Source: a virus
Lineage: Duplodnaviria > Caudoviricetes
IMG/VR virus record: IMGVR_UViG_3300005512_004360
Span: 1-24,149 of that record
Length of the DNA stretch: 24,149 bases
Direction: 5' to 3' (one strand)
The notes beneath the pieces were generated by a model. The model was not told the origin of the DNA, did not search any database, and worked only from the letters and a program-made list of their open reading frames with translations. The translations under genes and the position numbers were made by a program. This document shows positions 8,070-15,735 of the stretch, one piece after another (within the stretch, counting starts at the first letter, position 1; every line of letters begins with the position of its first letter).

Positions 8070-10255
8070 GCCGCCTTGTCGATTTTCGGTTTCTGTCCGG
8101 GCCGGTAAGGTTCGAACACCAGGGGGTGGATGTAGCTCTTCAGACTCATGTTCGCGTCGTTCCCAAGCTGGCGGCCCACCACGCGCCCCACGCGCTTTTG
8201 GAACTTCTTGAACTCCCGGTCCGTCGTCGGCAGTTCGCCACGCGCCGCGATCTTCGCCGCCGTCGCGTCCGCCAGCATCGTTCCGTTCCATGTCCGGAAA
8301 TCATGCACCTTGAACTTGTTACCGCTGATCCGCTTCAGGTAGTCGAGTGTTCCCGCCGCGTTCCCGCTGAAAATACGCTCCTCACCCGCCGCCTGCCGCG
8401 CCGCGATATGCCGCGCCAGCGTCCGGTCCTCGAAGCTGTGAAGCTGCCTCACGCCTTTCTTGCCCGTGAAGTCCAGGTGGACCTTGTCGCCATCCACCCG
8501 CGCATGCTCGGTCCGCAGATTGCTCGCGCCGAATGTCTCCACCTTGCCACCGCCGTCCTCTCCGCCATTGCGAAGCCCGGTGATCGAGATCATCCGCAGC
8601 TTCATCGCGTTGTCACGGTCCGGCCCGTCGCCCAGCATGTCCTCGTCGATCTTGGCTTGCAGCGTCGGCATCTCCTGGTGGAGCGCGCCGATCCGCGCAT
8701 ACTTCGCCGCCGCCTGCGACCTACCGTATTCCTCGGAGTAGAAGTACACCGTCTTTCCCTTCGCGTTCTTCGCCGTGCCCAGCAGGTCCGCACCCGGATC
8801 GTCCGTCACTTCCAGGTCGGTGAAAGCCGGGGCCACCTTCAACCGCTTCCGATCTTCATCCGTGCCCTTCCGCATCTCGCCGCGCTTCGCCTTCGTGCCC
8901 TTCGTCGGCGCACCGCCTGCCGTCCACCTTCCCCCGGTGTCCGATCCTTTCGGATCGCGCGGTTGCAGCGGATTGTATCTGTTCTCGATCCGCTCCTTCT
9001 CCGTGGCGTCCTTCGCGTCTTTGCGGTTCGAGTTCTCCGGTTCTTCCACCGGCGCGTCATCCAGCTCATACCCCGTCTTCTCCGCGATCCACTCGCGCCT
9101 CACCCGGTATCCGGCTTTGCTGAGGGAAGCCACATCCTTGACCACCTGCGCCGAGTCCGTCTCCTCGTTCGCCGCCAGTTCGAAATACGCCCACGCCCGC
9201 TCGCCCGGCGTCACTTGCCGCAGGATCTCCGCGTCCACCTGCGCCCGCAGGCACTCGGAAATCTCCGCCGCCTCCGCCCGCGCGATTTCCGCGAAGGTCT
9301 CGGCATGAGCGTTCCCTCCCAGCGTCCCGCTGCCGCTCTCGGCCAGCATCGTCAACTTGCCGCCGGTGCCACGCAAAACCAGTTGCTCGTCCTGATACTT
9401 CAGGTGATCGCGGAACGGATTGTTGCCCCGCGCTCCGTTGTCCACCGTCTTCACGTCCGAACCTCCCGGCAGCACGCCGCGCGCGTCGCTCACCGTCCGC
9501 TCGGCCATGTCCAGGTATTCGTCCTCCTTCTCCTTCGGCACGTTCTCCGGCATCACCAGGAACACCGCAGGGATGCCGTAGCTCTCGATGAAGCCGTCCC
9601 AGTCCTTTTGCGAAAGCCCCTTGCGCACGAAGCACACGATCGCCACCCGGTTGATCGGCCGGCTCACCTCGCGGATCACGAACCGCCCCTCCGCCACCGG
9701 CAGCCCCTTGGTCGCGCCGACCTTCGAGTCCGCGTTGTATTCCCAGCCGCCGTAAAGACCCTTCCTCACCCAGAACCACTGCTCCACCGGATCCAGCGCC
9801 ACCAACCGCCCCGCGCCATCCCACACCTTCTCCAGGTGCGTGAATCCCCGGAAGCTCGCGATCGCCAGAGCCTCGAAGGCCGCACTCAGATTACGGCATC
9901 CCTCGTAGTTCTCCCGCAGCGCTGCCTGCTGGATTTCCGCCACCCGCTTCTTGTCGTCCGGCACATCGTCCCGGACCTTGATGTCCCAGTCGAGCTGCTG
10001 GATCGCGCTGGTCCTGCGCTCCACCAGCGCTCCCAGCGTCGCGTCCTGCATTTCAATGAACCGGTAGGTCCATTGCAGATCTGCGAAAGCGCCGCGCTCG
10101 CCTTCTTCCAGCAGCGTGATCGCCCGCCGGATCGTCAGCCCGCGCAGCGGATTGTATTGGTCCCTCCACAGGTTTGCCGCCGCGATGTGAAAGCGGTATC
10201 CCGCCACCATCGCCGCGCGATTCATCAGAGACCCGAGCTTCCGCGTGAAATTCAT
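8066..10255 (-). CDS. Portal protein (Mu gp29/DUF935-like) fused to a C-terminal type IB DNA topoisomerase domain
   Basis: 729 aa from ATG 10255 (TGATG overlap with terminase). About 400 N-terminal aa carry portal motifs (DWDGFIESYGIP, GGKLT, GTLGGNAH). The C-terminal ~260 aa carry TopIB motifs: APAFTD, TGLRNG, TFGASNL, FTGKKG, HDFRTW, LGND, KSYIHP. Confidence 0.9.
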   Translation of the reverse strand: MNFTRKLGSLMNRAAMVAGYRFHIAAANLWRDQYNPLRGLTIRRAITLLEEGERGAFADLQWTYRFIEMQDATLGALVERRTSAIQQLDWDIKVRDDVPDDKKRVAEIQQAALRENYEGCRNLSAAFEALAIASFRGFTHLEKVWDGAGRLVALDPVEQWFWVRKGLYGGWEYNADSKVGATKGLPVAEGRFVIREVSRPINRVAIVCFVRKGLSQKDWDGFIESYGIPAVFLVMPENVPKEKEDEYLDMAERTVSDARGVLPGGSDVKTVDNGARGNNPFRDHLKYQDEQLVLRGTGGKLTMLAESGSGTLGGNAHAETFAEIARAEAAEISECLRAQVDAEILRQVTPGERAWAYFELAANEETDSAQVVKDVASLSKAGYRVRREWIAEKTGYELDDAPVEEPENSNRKDAKDATEKERIENRYNPLQPRDPKGSDTGGRWTAGGAPTKGTKAKRGEMRKGTDEDRKRLKVAPAFTDLEVTDDPGADLLGTAKNAKGKTVYFYSEEYGRSQAAAKYARIGALHQEMPTLQAKIDEDMLGDGPDRDNAMKLRMISITGLRNGGEDGGGKVETFGASNLRTEHARVDGDKVHLDFTGKKGVRQLHSFEDRTLARHIAARQAAGEERIFSGNAAGTLDYLKRISGNKFKVHDFRTWNGTMLADATAAKIAARGELPTTDREFKKFQKRVGRVVGRQLGNDANMSLKSYIHPLVFEPYRPGQKPKIDKAA

Positions 10256-12267
10256 CAGAACACACTCCTTTCCGCGTTGCGCGTCCGACGGCCGCCGGGG
10301 CGGGGGGCGAATCCGAATCGGCTGGAAACCACCGGATGCCCCGCGACCAGCTCCGCCAGTGCCGAATATCCGTCGGCCAGCAGCAGGTGGTTTTCGCACT
10401 CGTCGACATACTCGCCCTTGTCGTCCTTCTCCGATCCCGTGACCAGGTGCGCTTCCAGTGTTTCCACGATCCTCGGCGATCCCGGCACCCGCTGCGGCAG
10501 CCGCATCACCGGATCCTCGATCAGCTTGCGATCCGCCGTCACCCGCACCACCTGCTCCTTCGGAGTCAGGAACTCGTTCACTGCGCGGTTGATCAGATCG
10601 AACCGGCTGACCTGGATGATCGGATAGTACTTCGTGAATCCGACCTGCGGATCCTCGCCGATCTTCTGCTCGATCCCGCCGCCGGCTTTCTTCGTGAACT
10701 GAACCACCGCGCACACGAGGTTCTCCCAGCGCTTGTTAGGTCCGTCCCAGACCAGCCCACCGGGAAAGGTGATCCGCTTCTTCTCGGCCTCGGTCACATG
10801 CGGCCACTCGATCCCTTCCAAACCGTTCAGCCGGTAGGACAGCGATCGCGCCTGGTCGACTGCCGGATGCGCGTCGATGAAGAGCGCTCCGAGGTTTAAC
10901 CGGTAGAATAGCGTCTCCACCCGGTCCACCAGCGTGCCCAGGGGAATCTCTTCCGCCCACAGCGCGCGCTTCACGAACTCGCTCTCAACCTCCCGCCCGT
11001 AGAACCAGCACTTGTTCCCGGTATCCACTCCGCCGAATCCACGGCAGCCGTCCTTCAGGCTCAACCGCATGTCGTAAGCCTGCTCGACCGTGCGCGAGCG
11101 CGTGATGATCTCCGGCGTGATCGCCTGCGAGCTGTTGCGCGGCAGCGCCAGCACGTCGCAGTAGAAAACCTCCATCGACTCGGGATCGGCCACCGCGTCC
11201 TGCCACCGGCTGACCGGTTGGCTCAGGCTGATCGCCGCCACCGCCACCTGCGCCACACGGATCGAGAACCGCCGCATCTTGTTGCGCTCCGGCCGCCGCG
11301 CCTGGATCACCGGCTTGCTCCGGTCGAGTTCCTTCCCGGTCTCCGGATCCGCCACATAGAAATGACCTCCCGGCTCGTAATCGAAGATCTCGGGATTCTC
11401 CGCTGGCCCGCGCCGGAAGTCGCCGGTCATCGTCAGCTGCGGATCGGTCGGCTTCGGCACTCCATCGATCGCCAGGCGGCAAACCTGCGGCCAGCTTTCC
11501 TCAATGCAGATCAGCCGGTCCTCTCCCGGCACCTGGAAAAGCTGCACCTCCTGGTTGCCCGCCTTGAACTGCTTGTGCTGCCCGCGCCCATGCACCCGCT
11601 GCGTGCCGATGCTACACTTCAGCCGCAGGTCGGAGGCCGACATCCGGCCGGTGAGGAACTTCGCGCGCTTGTCGTTGATGTCGTCCTTCTCGTCCTCCAT
11701 CGCGATGTCCATGGAGAACGACGTCGGAATCTTGCCCATCCCCCGGATCATCCCGAAGGCCTTGCGCTTGCCGTCCGTCATCATGAACGCGCCTTTCCGG
11801 TTCAGCGCCTTCTTGCCCTTCGCATCCTCGAAGGCACCGAGCGTCATCATGTCGGACAGACCTTCAATCGGATCGATCACCTCGCCGCGCAGCTTGGTAT
11901 CCACGATGCCCTCCACCAGGTCGTCGTCCGGCAGATAGTAACCCCAGTTCCAGAATTTGCAGCTCGTCGCATACACGCCCACGCAGAGAGCGAGGACCGT
12001 CTTGCCCCATTGTGCGCCACCGCAGATGTCAAATACCGCGTCTTGCAGCGGTTCTCCGGTGTAGCTGCCGAAAATCTCGTCGAACCGATCCACGATGTGC
12101 TCAAGCACCGGACGGCCTTCGAAAGAGTAGGGGACGAAATACCCGCCCGAGGTTTTCACCTGGACATGCTTCAGCAGGAACTCCCGCAGACTGTTCGCCT
12201 TCGGCCCCACCACGCGGATTTCCGACTCGTCAAACCGCTCACTCAGCCTGTCCAGCGCCCCGCTCAT
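10255..12267 (-). CDS. Terminase large subunit (lambda GpA-like ATPase motifs)
   Basis: Walker A-like GGAQWGKT, YYLP, Walker B MEDEKD, nuclease GVDTG; directly upstream of the portal. Start is ATG 12267 (670 aa) or in-frame GTG 12414 overlapping the upstream stop (719 aa). Confidence 0.85.
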   Translation of the reverse strand: MSGALDRLSERFDESEIRVVGPKANSLREFLLKHVQVKTSGGYFVPYSFEGRPVLEHIVDRFDEIFGSYTGEPLQDAVFDICGGAQWGKTVLALCVGVYATSCKFWNWGYYLPDDDLVEGIVDTKLRGEVIDPIEGLSDMMTLGAFEDAKGKKALNRKGAFMMTDGKRKAFGMIRGMGKIPTSFSMDIAMEDEKDDINDKRAKFLTGRMSASDLRLKCSIGTQRVHGRGQHKQFKAGNQEVQLFQVPGEDRLICIEESWPQVCRLAIDGVPKPTDPQLTMTGDFRRGPAENPEIFDYEPGGHFYVADPETGKELDRSKPVIQARRPERNKMRRFSIRVAQVAVAAISLSQPVSRWQDAVADPESMEVFYCDVLALPRNSSQAITPEIITRSRTVEQAYDMRLSLKDGCRGFGGVDTGNKCWFYGREVESEFVKRALWAEEIPLGTLVDRVETLFYRLNLGALFIDAHPAVDQARSLSYRLNGLEGIEWPHVTEAEKKRITFPGGLVWDGPNKRWENLVCAVVQFTKKAGGGIEQKIGEDPQVGFTKYYPIIQVSRFDLINRAVNEFLTPKEQVVRVTADRKLIEDPVMRLPQRVPGSPRIVETLEAHLVTGSEKDDKGEYVDECENHLLLADGYSALAELVAGHPVVSSRFGFAPRPGGRRTRNAERSVF

Positions 12268-12410
12268 GACTCCTGCCGCGCCCCCTTCGCGAAAACATCC
12301 ATGCATCGCCATGCATTCGCCCGCTGACGCGCCGCTGCGCGAAACGCCCCCGAGATTACCCCGAAGCGGCACCCCCCCCTGAAAATCGAATTGTGGGCCT
12401 TCCGCATCAT

Positions 12411-12995
12411 TCACCGTTTCGGCAGTGCCGCCCTCAGTTTCACGAAAGCCGCCTCGGCCTCCTTGTTGCCCTTGATCTCCTCGAACAACGCATCGAGCCC
12501 GGCTTCCAGCTTGCCCTTCAGCGCGTGCTCCAGCTTCCGCTCCAGTTGCTCGATCTGTTCGTCCTTCTGCCGGATCGTCTCGTCGCGCTGCGCCAGGGCC
12601 TTCTTGTCCTGCCCCAGCTTCACCATCGTCGCAAAAATCTTCGCGTCCTTCTCCGCGAACGAATCCGTCAGGAACATCAGCCTGCCCGCCTCCTCCACCT
12701 GCTCCGCAGACATGTCCGGATCGCGCGCCAGCTCCTCCTTGATCTGCGCCATCAGGTCCCGCTTCTGCCGGAAGTCCCGCCGCAAGCGCAGCCACGCATA
12801 GAACCGATGCAGCGTATCGAGCGAGGAGACCTGGACGCTCCAGCGCTTCGGCACCTCCACCAAAATCGCCTCGTAGGTCAACTTCGTGCCGCCTTCCTCC
12901 GGGTGGCGGAATCTCCACATCGACTCCGCGAAATCCGGATCGGTTTCCGCCAGCAGTTGCAGCGGCGAGCTGACGTGGGCTTCTGGTTCCTTCAT
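12411..12995 (-). CDS. Putative terminase small subunit (Mu gp27/DUF3486-like)
   Basis: 194 aa; HTH-like 'TYEAIL...VSSLDTLHRFY' followed by coiled coil; directly upstream of TerL. Confidence 0.65.
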   Translation of the reverse strand: MKEPEAHVSSPLQLLAETDPDFAESMWRFRHPEEGGTKLTYEAILVEVPKRWSVQVSSLDTLHRFYAWLRLRRDFRQKRDLMAQIKEELARDPDMSAEQVEEAGRLMFLTDSFAEKDAKIFATMVKLGQDKKALAQRDETIRQKDEQIEQLERKLEHALKGKLEAGLDALFEEIKGNKEAEAAFVKLRAALPKR

Positions 12996-12998
12996 CGT

Positions 12999-13259
12999 TC
13001 ACCGGATTCGTTCGTGATTGATTCCCTTCTGCGTGATCACCCAGCCCACCAACTCGAATTCCGACATCTCCTCGCGCCGCACGTAGGCTTCCGCATGGTT
13101 CCACTCGATCGCGTCCCGCAGATCCGTCAGATCCACGCCGCCGCCCACCAGCGAGTTCACCTTCCGCAGCATCGGTCCCTCCGCCAGCGGCTCGCCCTCC
13201 TGGATCACCAGCACCTCGCGCACCGCCTTGCGGACCTCTCCTTTTGAAATTCGTCCCAT
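12999..13259 (-). CDS. Mu gp26-like winged-helix protein
   Basis: 86 aa; ends '...WVITQKG'; conserved position before the gp27-like gene. Confidence 0.6.
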   Translation of the reverse strand: MGRISKGEVRKAVREVLVIQEGEPLAEGPMLRKVNSLVGGGVDLTDLRDAIEWNHAEAYVRREEMSEFELVGWVITQKGINHERIR

Positions 13260-13260
13260 G

Positions 13261-13800
13261 TCAGTGTCCTGGTTTGAGTGCGCTCACGATTTCCCGACCC
13301 ACATCCGTCATGTGCTCGGCCAGCTCTGCCTTCGCCTTCACCGCCGCCAGCTCCTCGCCCTGCTCGTTCACCTTGTGGTGCAGCCGCTGGCGTCCTTCAT
13401 AGGCGCTCTTCGCCACCGCCCGCAGATCCTCGCCCAGCCGCTCGCCCTGCTTCTCGATCTTCTGGCTCAGCGTCGTGTTCTGAGAAGACAGCGCCGCCAT
13501 CGTCTCGCGGAACAGTCCTTTCACCTCCGCCATGTCACGCGCCACCATGCCCTCCAGCCGGTCAAACTCACGCCGCGTCACGAAATGCTCCTCCATCTGC
13601 ACCCGCAGCGGTTGCCCCTCGATCTTTACCTGCCGCGAATCCGCAATCTTCTTCCCCACGAACCCGCCGCCCGTCAGCGCCAAGACGATCGCCACCACCA
13701 ACCCCGCAACCTGATCCTGCGTGAAGCTCGTCGCCATCATCGCCGGGGGAAACACCTCCCACAACCACCAGCCCATCGTGTTGATCAGTCCACTTGTCAT
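13261..13800 (-). CDS. Membrane-anchored coiled-coil protein (Mu gp25-like position)
   Basis: One TM segment (VAGLVVAIVLALTGGGFV), then FVTRREF and a coiled coil; the start could be slightly further downstream. Confidence 0.6.
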   Translation of the reverse strand: MTSGLINTMGWWLWEVFPPAMMATSFTQDQVAGLVVAIVLALTGGGFVGKKIADSRQVKIEGQPLRVQMEEHFVTRREFDRLEGMVARDMAEVKGLFRETMAALSSQNTTLSQKIEKQGERLGEDLRAVAKSAYEGRQRLHHKVNEQGEELAAVKAKAELAEHMTDVGREIVSALKPGH

Positions 13801-14009
13801 CGCTTCTCAAAAAATCGCTTCGCCATCTCCGCCATCACCTCGATCGCGATCTCCATCGGAGGCCCGCCCCCGCAGTCCAGCGTCTCCATGAATTTCCACA
13901 GCAACCGCAGCCGATCGCTCGGAATGTCCGCGATCTTCTCGGCAGGCTCCGCCGCCATCGACACCGCGTGGTAGTCCCGATCCGCCACCGCCAGCTCCGC
14001 CGCCGTCAT
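13797..14009 (-). CDS. Hypothetical 70-aa protein
   Basis: ATGA overlaps at both ends (with the endolysin stop and the next start). Confidence 0.55.
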   Translation of the reverse strand: MTAAELAVADRDYHAVSMAAEPAEKIADIPSDRLRLLWKFMETLDCGGGPPMEIAIEVMAEMAKRFFEKR

Positions 14010-14653
14010 AGCACCGAGCCCTCCTGCTTGTAGGTTGCCCGGTCCAGCGCCGTCGGCGAATTCGTCAACCCCGCCACCTGATAGTGTGGAATGTCCTGGA
14101 ACGATTTCCAGTCGCCTCCCCACTCGAGCCCGCACGCCTCCGCATGCGCCGCGCAGGCCACATGCACACGACGCGCCAGCACCGGATCGCTCCCGTCCAG
14201 ATAGGTCGCGCCGCGGAAAACACCCGCATCCACCGCCACCCCGAAATTGTGCCACGAGTAGCCAGGACGCGCATTCGTCACCTTCGGCTCCTTCGTCGTC
14301 CGACCCTTCGCATAGAGCGTCCCCTGCTCAGCCCAAGAACGATGCCCCGAGATCAACTTGTAATCGCATCCCATCGCCGCCGCCGTCGCTGCCGCCAGCC
14401 GCATGAATTTCCCGAACCGCTCCCGCGCCTTCGGGTCCAGCGTCTCGATCACGCTCAAAGTCCGCGCATCCACCGCCTCAAGGAGCGCGGGCGTCCCGCC
14501 CGTCCCATCTCCAAGCACTTCCTCCTCCGGCTCCTGATTTACCCCGCGCCGCAATTCCCGCAGCACCGCCGCCGCCGTCATCGGCCCGAAAATCCCATCC
14601 GCCTCCACACCCACCTCGCGCTGGATGTCAATGATCGTCCCCCGCAAGCTCAC
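14006..14653 (-). CDS. Endolysin: peptidoglycan-binding-like N-terminus plus M15-family (L-Ala-D-Glu type) peptidase
   Basis: GTG 14653 (GTGA overlap), 215 aa; ADGIFGPMT; SGHRSWAEQ..LYAKGRT, VTNARPGYSWHNFGVAVD, WGGDW...DIPHYQ. Confidence 0.88.
   Translation of the reverse strand: MSLRGTIIDIQREVGVEADGIFGPMTAAAVLRELRRGVNQEPEEEVLGDGTGGTPALLEAVDARTLSVIETLDPKARERFGKFMRLAAATAAAMGCDYKLISGHRSWAEQGTLYAKGRTTKEPKVTNARPGYSWHNFGVAVDAGVFRGATYLDGSDPVLARRVHVACAAHAEACGLEWGGDWKSFQDIPHYQVAGLTNSPTALDRATYKQEGSVL
14477..14503 (+). repeat. REP-like 27-mer, copy 2 (in endolysin inter-domain linker)
   Basis: Identical to 2381-2407; encodes TGGTPALLE on the - strand. Confidence 0.9.
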
Positions 14654-14949
14654 GACCGCACCCCCTTCGTCATTCCACGTTCCCCCTTGCCCGTTCGCCC
14701 TTGCCCCTTCGATGTTCGATGTTCGGCGTTCGATGCTCGATGTTCGCGATTCTCCATCGCCACCTGATCCGCACACCCGCCGAAAAACCACCGACCCATG
14801 CACCCATCATCCTCCGCTGCCCATTCCCGGATCGCTTGCAGCTCCTCCTCAGACAGCAGCCGCATCGCCTCCACCACCGCCGTCGCCTCCGTCAACCGAC
14901 CCAGCGCCGCGATCAGGTCCTTGAGCTTCTTCCGCTTCATCGCCCGCAC
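14650..14949 (-). CDS. Hypothetical protein whose C-terminus is encoded by a heptamer array
   Basis: About 96-99 aa; stop overlaps the endolysin start. Confidence 0.5.
   Translation of the reverse strand: MRAMKRKKLKDLIAALGRLTEATAVVEAMRLLSEEELQAIREWAAEDDGCMGRWFFGGCADQVAMENREHRASNAEHRTSKGQGRTGKGERGMTKGVRS
14666..14756 (+). repeat. Degenerate heptamer array, 13 units in phase
   Basis: TTCGTCA TTCCACG TTCCCCC TTGCCCG TTCGCCC TTGCCCC TTCGATG TTCGATG TTCGGCG TTCGATG CTCGATG TTCGCGA TTCTCCA. Confidence 0.8.
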
Positions 14950-15081
14950 CTCCAGTCCTCGATCACCCGCAGCGTGTCAGAATCCGCAGAGACCGGGCTC
15001 CCGGATTTCAACCGGATGGCGGCTCTGAACATCGCCTGCGCGATCTCTACGAAAACTTTCATCGTGGTGAGACTCCAAGGG

Positions 15082-15155
15082 TTGCGGAGAGCGGACTCGA
15101 ACCGCTGACCTCCGGGATATGAGCCCGACGCGCTACCTGACTGCGCCACCCCGCT
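15082..15155 (-). tRNA. tRNA-Met (CAT), initiator (fMet)-like; CCA not encoded
   Basis: Minus strand reads AGCGGGG TG GCGC AGTCAGGTA GCGC G TCGGG CTCATAT CCCGG AGGTC AGCGG TTCGAGT CCGCT CTCCGCA A. This is a full cloverleaf with a 1:72 mismatch and three G:C pairs in the anticodon stem; anticodon at 15119-15121. Confidence 0.92.
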
Positions 15156-15202
15156 CTTGATTGAAAATTGGTCATTCCTTGCTGGCTGTTGGATATTCCC
15201 CC

Positions 15203-15227
15203 CACTGATCACTGATCACTGATCACT
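15203..15227 (+). repeat. (CACTGAT)3 heptamer repeat
   Basis: Overlaps the stop codon of the holin-like gene. Confidence 0.85.
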
Positions 15228-15735
15228 TGCCACTCGCCTCCACCTTCCGGCTCGCCTCCACCTCCACCCAGCCCGTCACCTCCCCCGTATCCGGATCGAT
15301 CACCGCATGCCTCAAAAACCCCACCGGCTTCCCATCCTCCCCGATCCTCAGGCCCGCCTTGCTCCCGTCCCCGATCTGATAGACCGCCTGCCCCCCGAAT
15401 TCAAAGTCGTCCAGGAACGCGCAGCTCGGCAGCAACATCGCCGCACACACCGCGCAGAGAGCGAGCAGCGACACCGGTCCACCTCCGGTGCCGCCGCCCT
15501 GTGTCCCATCGTCATGCTGAGAAAATCGCTTCGTGATCATCGACCACACCCACGGCAGCGCCCGCGTCACCATCACCGCCAGCAAGCCCACCACACCCGC
15601 ACCGATCGCGTCCACATGCCCAGCCACCTCCGGCGCATCCTCCGGCGTCATGAATGGCAGCGCCAAAATCAGCGCAGTGAGTCCGGCGATCCAAGTGGCG
15701 ACATGGCGGAGAAGCGAAGCAACGTGTGAGTTCAT
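15223..15735 (-). CDS. Holin-like membrane protein with an internal lipobox-like segment
   Basis: 170 aa from ATG 15735; two hydrophobic segments, a Gly-rich linker, then LLALCAVCAAMLLPSC; first gene of the lysis cluster. Confidence 0.6.
   Translation of the reverse strand: MNSHVASLLRHVATWIAGLTALILALPFMTPEDAPEVAGHVDAIGAGVVGLLAVMVTRALPWVWSMITKRFSQHDDGTQGGGTGGGPVSLLALCAVCAAMLLPSCAFLDDFEFGGQAVYQIGDGSKAGLRIGEDGKPVGFLRHAVIDPDTGEVTGWVEVEASRKVEASGK

Noticed and set aside
8066-8850. Portal C-terminal domain as a tyrosine recombinase/integrase or intein
   Set aside because: Motifs (PAFTD, FTGKKG, DFRTW, LGN...SYIHP) are TopIB-specific rather than the HxLRH pattern; there are no intein splice-junction residues and no portal sequence resumes after it in the same ORF.
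8126-10627. 833-aa + strand ORF and other long antisense ORFs (1670-3070, 6685-8211, 11218-12327)
   Set aside because: Shadows of real - strand genes in high-GC DNA; Arg/His/Leu-rich with no recognisable motifs.
12372-12379. C8 homopolymer as a phase-variation switch for terminase
   Set aside because: Such a run is unremarkable in this C-skewed DNA, and it may lie upstream of the true start.
10256-13104. Extended starts for the portal (10714) and terminase (13104) given by the ORF track
   Set aside because: They overlap the upstream real genes; coupled starts at 10255 and 12267/12414 fit better.
15082-15155. tRNA as a prophage attachment site or boundary
   Set aside because: Phage genes continue on both sides, no duplicated tRNA 3' end was seen, and integration is by a DDE transposase.
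14937-15212. 91-aa - strand ORF
   Set aside because: It reads through the tRNA gene and has no independent coding evidence.
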